A stretch of DNA of 64,000 nucleotides from Parcubacteria group bacterium CG08_land_8_20_14_0_20_48_21 (GCA_002774425.1 PEYJ01000009.1:3134-67133), one strand, 5' to 3'; shown: positions 1 to 10,399, counted from the stretch's first letter. The notes: a model not told the origin generated them from the sequence alone. Numbers and translations: made by a program.

Positions 1-1
1 C

Positions 2-172
2 GGAATGGTTGCCGGAGCAAGTGAACTAGGTACGGACACTTCCGTTACGCTACCACCACTAGCGTTCTCAATGTGGGATAAACTCAAAAAATACGCGGGA
101 GCTGCGCTGATTGTTATCGGGTTTTTCGGTATACTCTTTGCACTGTTCGCGGCGCCAAAAGATAAGGTCTAA
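2..172 (+). CDS. 3' end of a hypothetical small membrane protein (partial; hydrophobic C-terminus ...ALIVIGFFGILFALFAAPKDKV*)
   Basis: Open frame from the window edge to TAA at 170-172; hydrophobic TM-like segment. No homology recognised. Confidence 0.3.
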   Translation, partial: GMVAGASELGTDTSVTLPPLAFSMWDKLKKYAGAALIVIGFFGILFALFAAPKDKV

Positions 173-266
173 ATCATATTCCCTTCCCCTTCGCTCACCT
201 ACGCAAGCTTTCGTTGGATGTCTCATTACGAATTGAGAGTCCAAAAAGAGGTAAAAAAAGAGCTCG

Positions 267-692
267 GCGCGAAGCGACGAGCGAAAGAAAGGTGTGGGGT
301 TGGACCTGTGAACCCGTCGGTCAGCAGACCCAACCCCACTATAAGCGCGGGGGGTGTTTGGGGAGGGACAAACGCTGCCCCAACGCTTATAAATGGCGAG
401 GAGAGTGTTCTCGTCAACAGGGGGAGGAGGGACCTGTTGCGAAATTGCACTTTCCTCGCCAAGCGAGCGAAGGAAGAATGTATCAAAGAGCTTGGATACT
501 CTAGCACGTGCACAAAAGCATGTCAAGACCTCTGGCACAACCGACACACTTTTGCTAGACTGGTTTGTATGCGCAACACAACTATCCAACTTGCCATGAT
601 GATGGCTCCGCCGAACGGGGGTTGTGGTTCTTACGCATAATGTACAAACAGTAATTCACCCACACCCCTCGTAGAGGGATTTTTCATTATTT
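267..692 (+). promoter_or_regulatory. structured non-coding leader (riboswitch-like three-helix module at ~395-460 plus 10-bp perfect inverted repeat at 293-302/330-339) ending in a hairpin+T-tract just before the downstream start codon
   Basis: P1-like pairing GGCGAG(395-400)/CUCGCC(455-460) encloses hairpin GAGA-GUGU-UCUC (401-412) and hairpin CAACAGG-GGGAGGAGGGA-CCUGUUG (415-439). GC-rich hairpin CCCTC-GTA-GAGGG (666-678) followed by ATTTTTCATTATTT. The ORFs overlapping this region in several frames are not protein-like. Confidence 0.3.
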
Positions 693-693
693 C

Positions 694-1500
694 GTGTATG
701 CAACAACTATGCTGCTAACCATTATCAATGACTGCCGCGATATGAACGCCGCGGGACGGCAAGCAACGCGCGCCGCAGCACTGCTCAAGGGAACGGTACA
801 CTTTATCGGCGTTGCGAATGATTTGGAGGCAAGCGGCAATCTTGTTGACATGCTTGATGCGTTCGGCGATACGCAAGGCGCCGTGCTGGTCAATGTCGCG
901 CCAAGAAATGGCAAAGCGAAGCTGTGGCATAACGGCACGCCGTTCGGCTATTTTTACTACAAAAAAATTCTTGTTGTGGCAAGTGTTGATGGGCTTACCC
1001 TTTCACTGGTTAAAAAGCTTGGGCTTGCTGATGAACTCAAGGTGCTGGATATAGCGTCATGCCTGCATTTTTTGGAGAAGCGTGAACAGCTCACCGAAAA
1101 CCTCGCATCACGTATACACGAAAGTCAGTTCAGAAGCTATGATTTTCTTCCCCGAGCGGCTGATTGGATTTTGCGCGGGCGTGAGATGCCCTATAGCGTG
1201 CTTTCCCTACAAGCTATCGCGGACGCTCGTCCTTGTGTGTGGTGGGTGGATAATTTCGGCAACTGCAAAACAACGCTGTTGGAGGAAGAAGTGCTCAAAC
1301 GCAAAGATGCGCGTGGCGCCATACCGACAGCGTTCGGCGCGCTGCCTTACTACCCGCGCCTCAAAGATGTACCGGATGATACGGTAGCGTTGGTTACCGG
1401 AAGTTCGGGATTAGAGAATAAGCAATTTGTTGAAATTGTGGCACAGGGTGCAAGCGCCGCACAGGTATTAGGCATTTCTTCGGGAGATGTGATGTGGTAA
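694..1500 (+). CDS. DUF62 / SAM hydroxide adenosyltransferase (fluorinase-chlorinase fold)-like protein; GTG start at 694 or ATG at 709
   Basis: Motifs resembling the DUF62 family: ...VVASVDGLTLSLVKKLG... (cf. APNNGLLT) and FRSYDFLPRAADWILRG (cf. F-x-x-R-D-I-F-A-P-V-A-A-H-L-x-x-G). Assignment from memory of the family consensus only. Confidence 0.45.
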   Translation: MYATTMLLTIINDCRDMNAAGRQATRAAALLKGTVHFIGVANDLEASGNLVDMLDAFGDTQGAVLVNVAPRNGKAKLWHNGTPFGYFYYKKILVVASVDGLTLSLVKKLGLADELKVLDIASCLHFLEKREQLTENLASRIHESQFRSYDFLPRAADWILRGREMPYSVLSLQAIADARPCVWWVDNFGNCKTTLLEEEVLKRKDARGAIPTAFGALPYYPRLKDVPDDTVALVTGSSGLENKQFVEIVAQGASAAQVLGISSGDVMW

Positions 1501-1623
1501 TGCGTTCCTATTTCTTTTTACCCCAAAAATCCATACGATTTAGTCGCCGAGCGAAGCGCCGTGCCCTTCCATAGCTTTATGCGAAGGAGCGAGGCGAACC
1601 AAAACCGCTTGCAAATTCCTTAC

Positions 1624-1708
1624 TGGTACCGGGGGCGGGAATCGAACCCGCATGAGTTGCCCCAACGGATTTTAAGTCCGTCGCGTCTACCAATTCCGCC
1701 ACCCCGGC
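1624..1708 (-). tRNA. tRNA-Leu(TAA), CCA encoded, long variable arm
   Basis: Reverse complement GCCGGGGTGGCGGAATTGGTAGACGCGACGGACTTAAAATCCGTTGGGGCAACTCATGCGGGTTCGATTCCCGCCCCCGGTACCA; anticodon loop CTTAAAA. Confidence 0.9.
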
Positions 1709-1798
1709 ATACTAGCTGCACTCCTACGCTATCACGAGAATTTTCCAAGGTCAACTGCACTTGAAACTTTTTTCTCCTCTGCTATACTGGCTAGGCGC

Positions 1799-1875
1799 GC
1801 GGGAATAGCTCAGTTGGCTAGAGCGCTTCCTTGCCAAGGAAGAGGTCGCGGGTTCGAATCCCGTTTCCCGCTCCA
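1799..1875 (+). tRNA. tRNA-Gly(GCC), CCA encoded
   Basis: GCGGGAATAGCTCAGTTGGCTAGAGCGCTTCCTTGCCAAGGAAGAGGTCGCGGGTTCGAATCCCGTTTCCCGCTCCA; anticodon loop TTGCCAA. Confidence 0.9.
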
Positions 1876-2177
1876 AGAAATAACGAGCCGCCCAAAAGGC
1901 GGTTTTGTAATTGTTTCGGCGGAAAATATGGTCAGGATAAGGTTGTATGCCCACACCTCATACTTACCATTCCTAAGCGGTTGGTCACCCAATGCGCGGA
2001 AAGCTACGCGCCGGATCGGTAAGCATCGGCATTGATTGAAAAAAACATACGGTAATCACACAACAGTCGTAAACCTGCCCATACATACACTTCGCTTACT
2101 GTTTGCACCATTCGGCATTGTTCTCTTTCACGCACCGTAGTTGCTTTGGCGCCATATTTCCCGTACAATACATCTAT

Positions 2178-3197
2178 ATGGAGGAACGCGTACTGAACCC
2201 GAAACTCACCGAAGAAGAGGCGGCACTTGACCAAACACTCCGTCCGCAGCGATTGGCAGAGTACATAGGTCAGAACAAGATCAAAGAAAATTTGTCCATA
2301 TTTATTGATGCCGCAAAAAAACGCAAAGAAGCGCTGGATCACGTGCTGCTCTACGGCGGTCCGGGTTTGGGCAAGACAACCCTCGCACACATTATCGCGC
2401 GCGAAATGGGTGTCGGCATCAAAGCGACCTCCGGCCCCGCAATAGAGCGCGCGGGAGATTTGGCGGCTATTCTCACCAATCTCCAGGAAGGCGATGTGCT
2501 GTTTATTGACGAAATCCATCGCCTCAACAAGATTATTGAGGAAGTGCTCTATCCGGCTATGGAAGATTACGCGCTGGACATCGTCATCGGTAAAGGACCC
2601 TCCGCAAGAACACTGCGCTTGGACTTACCGCGCTTTACTCTCATCGGCGCCACTACCAAAATGAGCCTGCTCTCAAGCCCTTTGCGCGACCGGTTCGGCA
2701 ATATTCTGCGGCTGAATTTTTATGACCAGGATGATATTAAAAAAATAGTTGAGCGATCGGCGCGCATTCTGGATATGTCGGTTGACGCGGAATCAGCGGT
2801 TGAAGTTGCCAAGAGATCCCGCCGCACGCCGCGCGTTGCCAATCGACTCTTAAAGCGCGTGCGTGATTTTTCGCAAGTGCGCGGCGATGGTACGCTGACA
2901 CTTGATATTACCCGTAAAGCCCTCCACTTGCTTGAGGTGGATGAATTCGGGTTGGATGAAATTGACCGGCGTATTTTGGAAGCGATTATTCAAAAATTCC
3001 AAGGAGGACCCGTTGGCCTCTCCACACTCGCTGCCGCAACCGCAGAAGAAATTGCCACAATTGAAGATATTTATGAGCCGTTTCTGATGCAAATCGGTTT
3101 TTTGCACCGTACCCCAAGAGGCCGCGTTGCTACCGAGCTCGCTTATGAGCATTTGGGTTTCTCCGTTCCGGATTCCCTCCAAAACAAACTCTTGTAG
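2178..3197 (+). CDS. ruvB: Holliday junction branch migration ATPase RuvB
   Basis: Walker [10 protein letters not shown], Walker B DEIHRL, full-length RuvB-like sequence. Start taken at MEERVLNP (ATG 2178) rather than the upstream ORF-track start. Confidence 0.92.
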   Translation: MEERVLNPKLTEEEAALDQTLRPQRLAEYIGQNKIKENLSIFIDAAKKRKEALDHVLLYGGPGLGKTTLAHIIAREMGVGIKATSGPAIERAGDLAAILTNLQEGDVLFIDEIHRLNKIIEEVLYPAMEDYALDIVIGKGPSARTLRLDLPRFTLIGATTKMSLLSSPLRDRFGNILRLNFYDQDDIKKIVERSARILDMSVDAESAVEVAKRSRRTPRVANRLLKRVRDFSQVRGDGTLTLDITRKALHLLEVDEFGLDEIDRRILEAIIQKFQGGPVGLSTLAAATAEEIATIEDIYEPFLMQIGFLHRTPRGRVATELAYEHLGFSVPDSLQNKLL

Positions 3198-3247
3198 AGC
3201 GATATGTTCTTCGTACCAAAAATTTCTTACTTCATACACCCTCTTCC

Positions 3248-3484
3248 ATGACCATCGCCGTCTTTCTCCTTATCTATCTTGGAGCGCTTCTCGTATTTGT
3301 CGTATACAGCGGTTTTGTGTACTACCACTTGTTTCGTTTTGGTTTTAAAAGCCGCGTAGTCTATGCCGTCAACGCCTTGTATGCCCTGGTTGCCTGCGCT
3401 CTCATCGCGGTATCGCTTGCTTACATACTGCAGATTGATTGGACTGTGCCGATATTCCCCTCTATCTCCCTTACACTTCCTTAA
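3248..3484 (+). CDS. small hydrophobic membrane protein (78 aa, 2 TM)
   Basis: ORF with two clear hydrophobic helices; no homology recognised. Confidence 0.35.
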   Translation: MTIAVFLLIYLGALLVFVVYSGFVYYHLFRFGFKSRVVYAVNALYALVACALIAVSLAYILQIDWTVPIFPSISLTLP

Positions 3485-3507
3485 ACCCTGCCCGGTTGTA
3501 AAGTAGT

Positions 3508-4113
3508 ATGTTTACCACACACCACTATCCGCATCAACGACCTGATGAACGCATTGTCTTCTACCTGCGGCGGTATTGGTTCGTATTTTTTAAAACGATG
3601 CTTTTTTACGCCGTACTCCTTATTTTTCCGTACCTATTTTTTCTCCTCTCTGAAACACTCTTCCCAAATCTTCTTTCAAGCTCTGTAGGATTTCCGGCCA
3701 TCGTCATTGGCGCGAGTATCTACTACCTATTTATCTGGCTGTTCTTTTTCCACGCATTTGCCGATTACTACTTGGATATGTGGATCGTTACCAATCACCG
3801 CATCATCAATATTGAGCAGGAAGGTTTGTTTGCGCGCGTTATCTCCGAACAGGATCTCCAGAGAATCCAAGATATTACCTCCGATATCCACGGTTTTTTC
3901 CCAACATTATTTGGCTACGGTAATGTACACATTCAAACGGCGGGTGAGCAGCAGCGTTTTACCTTTGAGCAGGTGTCGCATGCCGCGGAAGTTGCGCGCA
4001 ATATTCAAACCCAAGTTCGGCTTTGCCAGGCGCACGGACATACTCTTGCCGGAGCCAATCAGCAGGCGCCGATTGAGCGCAAAGCCGTGAAAACAGGTGA
4101 GTTTGTTTTATGA
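3508..4113 (+). CDS. membrane protein with bacterial PH-like (YdbS/YdbT, DUF304-type) domain
   Basis: N-terminal RIVFYLRRYWFVFF followed by two TM helices and a soluble domain, typical of bPH_2 proteins. Overlaps queA start by 4 nt (ATGA). Confidence 0.5.
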   Translation: MFTTHHYPHQRPDERIVFYLRRYWFVFFKTMLFYAVLLIFPYLFFLLSETLFPNLLSSSVGFPAIVIGASIYYLFIWLFFFHAFADYYLDMWIVTNHRIINIEQEGLFARVISEQDLQRIQDITSDIHGFFPTLFGYGNVHIQTAGEQQRFTFEQVSHAAEVARNIQTQVRLCQAHGHTLAGANQQAPIERKAVKTGEFVL

Positions 4114-5171
4114 AAGTTTCCCTTTTCAAGTACCACCTTCCTAAAAATCGTATTGCCCAGACACCCGCTTCCCCGCGCGACCACGCGCGGCTTTTCGTAT
4201 TGGACAAAAAAGCGGGACGCTGCGCGCACAAGCATATCTATGATTTACCCAACCTCTTACGTTCGGGCGATATACTCGTACTCAATAATTCAAAAGTCAT
4301 TCCGGCACGGCTGTATGCGCGGAAAGTCTTGGAAGTTGGCGGAGGTGGTCGGGTTGAGCTCTTTCTCCTTAAACACGCCGGCGGGCGCATTTGGCACGTG
4401 TTGCTCAAAGGGCAAAATCTGCGTCCGCAAACCAGGCTCACGCTGCTTCCAACCAAAACGATTTTTTGTACGATCCTTCGGCGCGAACAAGACGGTGCTA
4501 CTCTGGTAGAATTTTCAGATTCACGTGCAGCTGTTCACGCATTTTATGCAGCGCACGGCGAAACGCCTTTGCCACCCTATATTAAGGCTTCGGGAAAATC
4601 CGCGCGGGTAAAATCGCATTATCAAACTATTTTCGCCAAAACTTCGGGATCCGTCGCGGCACCTACCGCAGGACTTCATTTCACCAAAAATCTTTTGCGT
4701 GCCATTGCAACAAAAGGTGTGCAGATAGAATACGTAACACTCCATGTGGGACTCGGCACGTTTGAACCGATACGCACGGCGTATATTGAAGACCACGCTA
4801 TGCATGCGGAATACGCGGAAATTGACCGTGAAACACTCAAACGTCTTTTGCGCGCCAAGACTGAAAGGCGGCGCATGGTGGCGGTCGGCACCACCTCCGC
4901 GCGTATCCTTGAAGGTTTGGTTGCGCCATACCTTTCCACGCCCTATCCAAAAAAAGATAAAATTTCGGCAGAGCTTACTACCTATATCTACCCTCCTTAT
5001 GCGTTCAAAATGGTAGACGCACTGCTTACCAATTTTCATCTCCCACAATCATCTCTCTTAGTGCTCGTAGCTGCTTTTACGGGACGCTCGGCTATTTTGC
5101 GCGCGTACCAAAAAGCGATACGCGCTGGATATCGCTTTTATTCATTCGGTGATGCCATGTTCATTCATTGA
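4110..5171 (+). CDS. queA: S-adenosylmethionine:tRNA ribosyltransferase-isomerase QueA
   Basis: Full-length QueA-like protein (PKNRIAQTPASPRDHARL, ...SFGDAMFI C-terminus). Confidence 0.9.
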   Translation: MKVSLFKYHLPKNRIAQTPASPRDHARLFVLDKKAGRCAHKHIYDLPNLLRSGDILVLNNSKVIPARLYARKVLEVGGGGRVELFLLKHAGGRIWHVLLKGQNLRPQTRLTLLPTKTIFCTILRREQDGATLVEFSDSRAAVHAFYAAHGETPLPPYIKASGKSARVKSHYQTIFAKTSGSVAAPTAGLHFTKNLLRAIATKGVQIEYVTLHVGLGTFEPIRTAYIEDHAMHAEYAEIDRETLKRLLRAKTERRRMVAVGTTSARILEGLVAPYLSTPYPKKDKISAELTTYIYPPYAFKMVDALLTNFHLPQSSLLVLVAAFTGRSAILRAYQKAIRAGYRFYSFGDAMFIH

Positions 5172-6954
5172 AAGCGCCGGGCAGTTGTTGCTGAAAACGG
5201 TATACCAAAAACTCTTTTTCACCCGCGCGATTGACAATCTCTTCCGGCACACTGCCCTGTTGCATGAGATGTGTTTGCACTATGCTACCAAGTTCCGTTT
5301 GTCGCGCTTTTACAACCAGCGGCATGCGGGTGTTGGCGGGTATAATAAATATAATCTCCATACCGCCCAGTTGACTAAGCGTTTCGCGTGTCAGTCCCGC
5401 TATCACCTCTTTGTACAGGGTCGCGCTGATCATCGGCCATCCTTCGTAGAGCGATCTGCGGTCAAACGTCCATAACCGCGGAAGGTCCATAATGTTGTCG
5501 TCATATACCACCACTACCCGCGCGGGTTTCGCCGTGCCTGTTTTTTTCCGGTCAATATTTTGCTGATGCAATTCTTCCAAAAACGGGTAGGTATAGGGAA
5601 GAGTAAGGGCGGGATATTGCCCCGCTAGCGCGCGGTTGAGGTAGGTCTCTACCGCATTAAATCCCCAGTCGTGTACATCCCAATGTATTGCGGAATAGGT
5701 AAAGGGTGTCATGCCGAGCGGTTGCGACAAAAGAAAGGTATTACGTGCATAACATATTTCCAAAAATACCAAGAGGCCAAGCAATGCATAGATCGTCTGT
5801 TGGCGTGTTTGCGATTGCGTATGCAGTATTATACTAACACCCCAAGCAACAAGCAGCGCAACAAAAGGCATGACGAGTGTTAAAAACCGCACAGCAGATC
5901 CTATAACCGCATACATCGTGATTGCGCCAGCAAGTAGCAGCAGTAACAACACAACCCGCCGGTCACCATGCTTTCCTTTTTTGATAAGCTGATACCCGCT
6001 CATTCCCAGCGCAGCCATCAACAGAACATTGCTTAGGGGAGAGCGATAGTGCGCAAAATTGGTAAAAATTCCCGTAAGTCTCTGCGCAAGACTTCCCAAT
6101 TCTTTTCCCGGCGCCACCTGCCAATACGGTACCCCTTGACCAAACAGGTGGAAGAGCTGAAAATCAAAATGCCCAAGCGTTTTATAGAGAAAGTAGTTGT
6201 AGATGCAAACAGGAATTGCAACAATACAGAACACTGCGACACTGGCGTAGAAATACCGACTCCGCAACATAGTTCTTTCATAGAGTGCGGCATAGATGAG
6301 CAACGGCGGCACAATAAACAGCGCCGTATACTTTGAAAGAACGCCCGCGCCCAATGCCAGTCCAACACCGAACAACCACTTTTGCCCCTCAAATCCTTTT
6401 ACAAAGAAAAGCACGGCAAGTAAGGAGAAAAAGATAACCTGTGACTCTTGCATCCCCACGCGCCCAACATACACCATGAGCACATCTGTTGCCATGAATG
6501 CCGCCGCAATCAAACCAGTCTTTTTTGAAAAAAGGCGGGTGCCGATTGCATAGACCAGCCAAACGCTCGCGAGTGCGAAAAGTGCGGAGGAAAGGCGCAG
6601 CGTCCAAAGACTTACGCCAAACAGCACAAAAAATACGTGCTGCACGGCAAACACCAGAGGCGGGTGATCATGAAAAGAAAGTTTGGTCCACCAGGGAGCC
6701 GCACCAGGCAAAAGTTGTAAGGTACTTGGCTGCTGCAGCGCAAAATCAAAATCAAGATAGCTAATGGAGCGAAACCCGTACAACACTTCATCGGACAACG
6801 CATTGCCATTTCCTAGCGCGGTTAGTCGCAGCAATGCCGCAACCGCGAGTATGCCGAAAAACACGAACATGAGTTTTTTCTCGGACTGCATAGAGAGAGC
6901 ATACCACACGTGCGCGAGCAAAAAAACTCCCCGCGATTTTGGGGAGTATTGCAT
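5161..6954 (-). CDS. GT-C fold membrane glycosyltransferase, family 39/83 (PMT/ArnT-like)
   Basis: 11+ TM helices; first-loop DE motif (LSDEVLYGF); SKYTALFIVPPLL segment typical of PMT_2/ArnT-like transferases. Convergent 11-nt overlap with queA. Confidence 0.6.
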   Translation of the reverse strand: MQYSPKSRGVFLLAHVWYALSMQSEKKLMFVFFGILAVAALLRLTALGNGNALSDEVLYGFRSISYLDFDFALQQPSTLQLLPGAAPWWTKLSFHDHPPLVFAVQHVFFVLFGVSLWTLRLSSALFALASVWLVYAIGTRLFSKKTGLIAAAFMATDVLMVYVGRVGMQESQVIFFSLLAVLFFVKGFEGQKWLFGVGLALGAGVLSKYTALFIVPPLLIYAALYERTMLRSRYFYASVAVFCIVAIPVCIYNYFLYKTLGHFDFQLFHLFGQGVPYWQVAPGKELGSLAQRLTGIFTNFAHYRSPLSNVLLMAALGMSGYQLIKKGKHGDRRVVLLLLLLAGAITMYAVIGSAVRFLTLVMPFVALLVAWGVSIILHTQSQTRQQTIYALLGLLVFLEICYARNTFLLSQPLGMTPFTYSAIHWDVHDWGFNAVETYLNRALAGQYPALTLPYTYPFLEELHQQNIDRKKTGTAKPARVVVVYDDNIMDLPRLWTFDRRSLYEGWPMISATLYKEVIAGLTRETLSQLGGMEIIFIIPANTRMPLVVKARQTELGSIVQTHLMQQGSVPEEIVNRAGEKEFLVYRFQQQLPGAFNE

Positions 6955-6963
6955 GACCTGAAC

Positions 6964-8640
6964 TTACCGGTAGAGAGGCAGTATGGCCGTGCCGGTATAG
7001 AAGTAGCGTAAAATGGTTTTCCAATCCTTACCCTCATCCTGTGCCATGGCAACAGCGGCTTGCGCGGACATGCCTACGCCATGCCCCAATAGCGGTTTAC
7101 CGAGATCTTCCGGAACCGCGACGGACACAAGCCATGGTTTTGCAGAACCTCCCCAAACTTCAGTCCAACCGCGCGTTCTGCCGTCGCTTTGCGTATAGTA
7201 GGGCGTCACGACCAGGTGCGTGTCATACGCTACCACCTGCCCACGTGTCACTGCAACCGCTGTTGCAACATTAGGAAGGCGCGTCTCCGCTCCGTAGCCG
7301 CGATACACCTGGTCGTAGGTTGCGTCAACGGTAAAATGCTCATCGGCGTGTTTTGAAGGATTGAGATAGTGCCACAGCACATAGGTACGCGCGGCGGTCA
7401 ACAATGCTTTCTGATATTCCATCGGTCCGCTGTTGGATGTTTCCACCAGACCCTTGAGATAACTATCCAAAGGCAGTTCATTGATCATCCATGTTTTTCC
7501 GGTCATTGCCGCATGGTGAAATTCCAATACACCCCTAAACTGATTGTCGTTGAGCTTCGTGTTCCATGCAGGACGCTGTTCCAATGTCGTAATGGTAAAA
7601 ATACCTTGCGCATCCGTTGACTCAAAACGCACGGGCTCCGCAATGGTTTTTGTTTGGCCCGGTGTATGGATGGTGTAGTGGTTTGCGCCGGGAATAAACC
7701 ATACGGATGATTCTTGATTTGCCAAAATGGTGAAAAGTGTCTCGCCACTCTGCGCTCCCATAATACGGTAGGTCTTGGTGTTGGTCAGCGCAACCGGCTT
7801 AGCGGTCGCATAGAGTCCCACGCGTATATTTGGCTCCTGCTGATTCGTACAATCTTCGATGGTTGCCGCTTGCGGTGCAAGCTTCGGCTCACACAGCATG
7901 GCTACATTCTGCACGGTTGATTGCGGCGTAGGTATGACGGGTTGAGTCAATTGCTGTTCCGTTATTTTTTGTTTCACGACAACTGCTGGTTGCATAGCCT
8001 CTACAACCAACACAAACGACCCGCCCGACACCCATGCCGTATCTTCTGCCGCAAGCTGAAAAGTATCGCGATATATTCCTACTGCCACAGGAATGCTTAC
8101 GGTAAATGTAATGAACCCTATTTGCCCGGGTGCAATATATGTAGGAGTTACGCGCGCCGCATGCTCCCCGTTGAGCCAGCTCGTATGAGCAAAAATACTC
8201 TTGTCGGTTACATAATCGCGATTATAGAGAGAGATATACGCGCCCCCTTCACTACGCCAAGCCCTGGTACCGATATTTTTAAAGCCAAGTTGCACGGTTG
8301 CCGTACTTCCTACCTCGGCGCGCATAGCGCCGCGTGGCTGTAACAGCAACGTTGCGGCATAAGGTGCGCTTTCCGCCGCATATACGGAAGTTGCAAAAAA
8401 TCTTTGGTGGACGCTATCGGCGGATTTTCTGATAGCAGTGTCTGCCCCCTGCATCCGCATATCAATAGTATGCAGAGCGCTTGATATGCCCGCAACAATA
8501 AAAAAAGCAACGATCAGCGCGCGCCACAACCCCCGCGGGTTTTCACGATCGCTCATCATTGCTTTCTTGAAAGTTCTTGCGCATGACCTGGCGTGCCTGT
8601 AATCCAATGGTCGTGCTTTTATAGGGTATAAAGCAGACAT
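6964..8640 (-). CDS. SpoIID/LytB domain protein (amidase enhancer-like) with N-terminal TM anchor
   Basis: C-terminal region matches the SpoIID/LytB fold (...YDQVYRGYGAE..., ...TPYYTQSDGRTRGW..., GHGVGMSAQAAVAMA). Confidence 0.75.
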   Translation of the reverse strand: MSALYPIKARPLDYRHARSCARTFKKAMMSDRENPRGLWRALIVAFFIVAGISSALHTIDMRMQGADTAIRKSADSVHQRFFATSVYAAESAPYAATLLLQPRGAMRAEVGSTATVQLGFKNIGTRAWRSEGGAYISLYNRDYVTDKSIFAHTSWLNGEHAARVTPTYIAPGQIGFITFTVSIPVAVGIYRDTFQLAAEDTAWVSGGSFVLVVEAMQPAVVVKQKITEQQLTQPVIPTPQSTVQNVAMLCEPKLAPQAATIEDCTNQQEPNIRVGLYATAKPVALTNTKTYRIMGAQSGETLFTILANQESSVWFIPGANHYTIHTPGQTKTIAEPVRFESTDAQGIFTITTLEQRPAWNTKLNDNQFRGVLEFHHAAMTGKTWMINELPLDSYLKGLVETSNSGPMEYQKALLTAARTYVLWHYLNPSKHADEHFTVDATYDQVYRGYGAETRLPNVATAVAVTRGQVVAYDTHLVVTPYYTQSDGRTRGWTEVWGGSAKPWLVSVAVPEDLGKPLLGHGVGMSAQAAVAMAQDEGKDWKTILRYFYTGTAILPLYR

Positions 8641-8874
8641 TTTGATCTTCTTTTATTTTTGTTTTTTAAGCAAATTTTTGACTTATTACTCATAGTATAG
8701 CACCTATACACTCAAGAATCAAGTTTTTGTAACGTACCTGTTGCCAAATGAACGTGGTTGTGTTAGGGTAGCATGCACTATCTACTGCATGAAAATTGAA
8801 AGGAGGAGAAATTTTTTGTGCAAGCTGCGGTTATGCCCTTTGAAAATTTGCACCATCGACCAAGGGAGCGCGTC

Positions 8875-10386
8875 ATGACAAAAATTATTATTGAACCGGC
8901 GTTGAGTTTCGATGACGTAACACTGATACCCGGGGCATCTGACTTTATTCCCGGGGAAGCTGATGTTTCAACAACCATTGCCGGCTTTCGCATGTCCATA
9001 CCAATATTTTCTGCAGCCATGGATACGGTGACGGAAGCGCGTTTGAGCAAGGCACTCGCCGCAGAAGGGGGTATGGGAGTTATTCATAAAAACCTCTCCC
9101 CTTCTGATCAAGCGGCACATGTACGCAACGTAAAATCGGCGCAAGCGGGATTCGTTACGCATCCGAGAACAATTGCTCCCGGCGCAACGCTGGCGGAGGT
9201 TCGAGCTGAATTTGCAAAATGGCGCATTTCCGGTCTGGTGGTCATAAAGCCAGGTGAGCGTTGCCCTTTGGGCATCATTACCAGAAGCGACGTTGAATTT
9301 GAGTTACTTCAAGAAAATGACGAGCGTAAGGTTAACGCGCTTCCCGTCCATAAGGTGATGACGCCGCGTGAACGACTGATTACCGTGCAAAAAAAAGATG
9401 TATTGCGCAGTGAAACGGTATGCACCAAAACCGTGCTGCCGCTCTTTCGGAAACACCGCATTGAGAAACTTGTGGTAATAGATTCAGACAGCAATTTTGC
9501 CGGCCTCGTAACCATGCGGGATATCAAGAAATCCCATCAATACCCGCATGCGTGCGTTGATGCTAAAAATCGCCTGCGGGTGGCGGCGGCGGTTGGAGTT
9601 GGAGAAGATGCGCTACTACGCGCCGAGCTGCTCGTTGCAGCGGGTGTTGACCTGCTTGTGGTGGATACCGCGCACGGCCATCATCGTAATGTCGGCAAAA
9701 CCATTAAGGAGTTGAAACGTCTCTATGCCACGATTCCCATCGTAGCTGGAAATGTGGCAACTGCTGATGGCGCGCAAGCGCTCATAGATGCCGGCGCGGA
9801 TTGCATAAAAGTCGGCATGGGACCCGGGTCAATTTGTACCACGCGTGTTGTATCCGGTGCGGGAATTCCGCAAATTACCGCGATAACGGAGTCCGCTGCA
9901 ATTGCCCATGAATATGGGATTACGGTCATCGCTGACGGTGGTATCAAGCAGTCAGGAGATATTCCTAAAGCGCTTGCCGCAGGAGCTGATGCGGTTATGA
10001 TCGGCGGTTTATTTGCCGGAACCAAGGAATCTCCCGGAGAAGAATATCTCTTTGCGGGAAAGCGATATAAATCTTATCGCGGCATGGGATCGCTTGGTGC
10101 CATGCAGCAAGGAAGTGCGGATAGATATGGGCAAAATCCCTATCAGGAATTGCGCAAACTCGTTCCCGAAGGGATTGAAGGGCAGGTGCCGTATAAGGGC
10201 CCTTTGCGTGACACACTCATTCAGCTGATTGGAGGACTACGCAGCGGCATGGGCTATACCGGCTGCCAAACCATTCAGGAACTGCATGAGCGCGCGAAGC
10301 TTCGCGCGGTAACCGCGGCCGGACTTCGCGAGAGTCACGTGCATGATATTACTATCACCAAGGAGGCACCAAACTATATTATGTAA
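8875..10386 (+). CDS. guaB: IMP dehydrogenase (with CBS pair)
   Basis: Catalytic loop [16 protein letters not shown]-wide similarity, CBS insert. ATG 8875 preceded by AAGGGAG. Confidence 0.93.
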   Translation: MTKIIIEPALSFDDVTLIPGASDFIPGEADVSTTIAGFRMSIPIFSAAMDTVTEARLSKALAAEGGMGVIHKNLSPSDQAAHVRNVKSAQAGFVTHPRTIAPGATLAEVRAEFAKWRISGLVVIKPGERCPLGIITRSDVEFELLQENDERKVNALPVHKVMTPRERLITVQKKDVLRSETVCTKTVLPLFRKHRIEKLVVIDSDSNFAGLVTMRDIKKSHQYPHACVDAKNRLRVAAAVGVGEDALLRAELLVAAGVDLLVVDTAHGHHRNVGKTIKELKRLYATIPIVAGNVATADGAQALIDAGADCIKVGMGPGSICTTRVVSGAGIPQITAITESAAIAHEYGITVIADGGIKQSGDIPKALAAGADAVMIGGLFAGTKESPGEEYLFAGKRYKSYRGMGSLGAMQQGSADRYGQNPYQELRKLVPEGIEGQVPYKGPLRDTLIQLIGGLRSGMGYTGCQTIQELHERAKLRAVTAAGLRESHVHDITITKEAPNYIM

Positions 10387-10399
10387 TACGCCCTTTTCA

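Noticed and set aside
68-640. ORFs 68..589 (-), 214..504 (+), 218..640 (+), 226..513 (-) covering the first spacer
   Set aside because: Mutually overlapping in several frames, low-complexity Gly/Arg/Pro-rich translations, and the region shows strong RNA secondary-structure signals. Treated as a non-coding structured leader.
172-692. Possibility that the first spacer is tmRNA, RNase P RNA, SRP RNA or a SAM-I riboswitch
   Set aside because: Signature motifs were looked for on both strands and not found. These were the tRNA-like GGTTCGANTCC...CCACCA end, RNase P P4 strands GGAAAGTCCGGGC / ACAGAANCCGGCTTA, and the SRP GGAAGCAGCC domain IV. Only a GGAGGGAC block resembles SAM-I. Left unclassified.
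1751-2035. ORFs 1751..1954 (-), 1810..1992 (-), 1814..2035 (+)
   Set aside because: They overlap the tRNA-Gly gene and its flanks. The GC-rich tRNA sequence generates spurious open frames.
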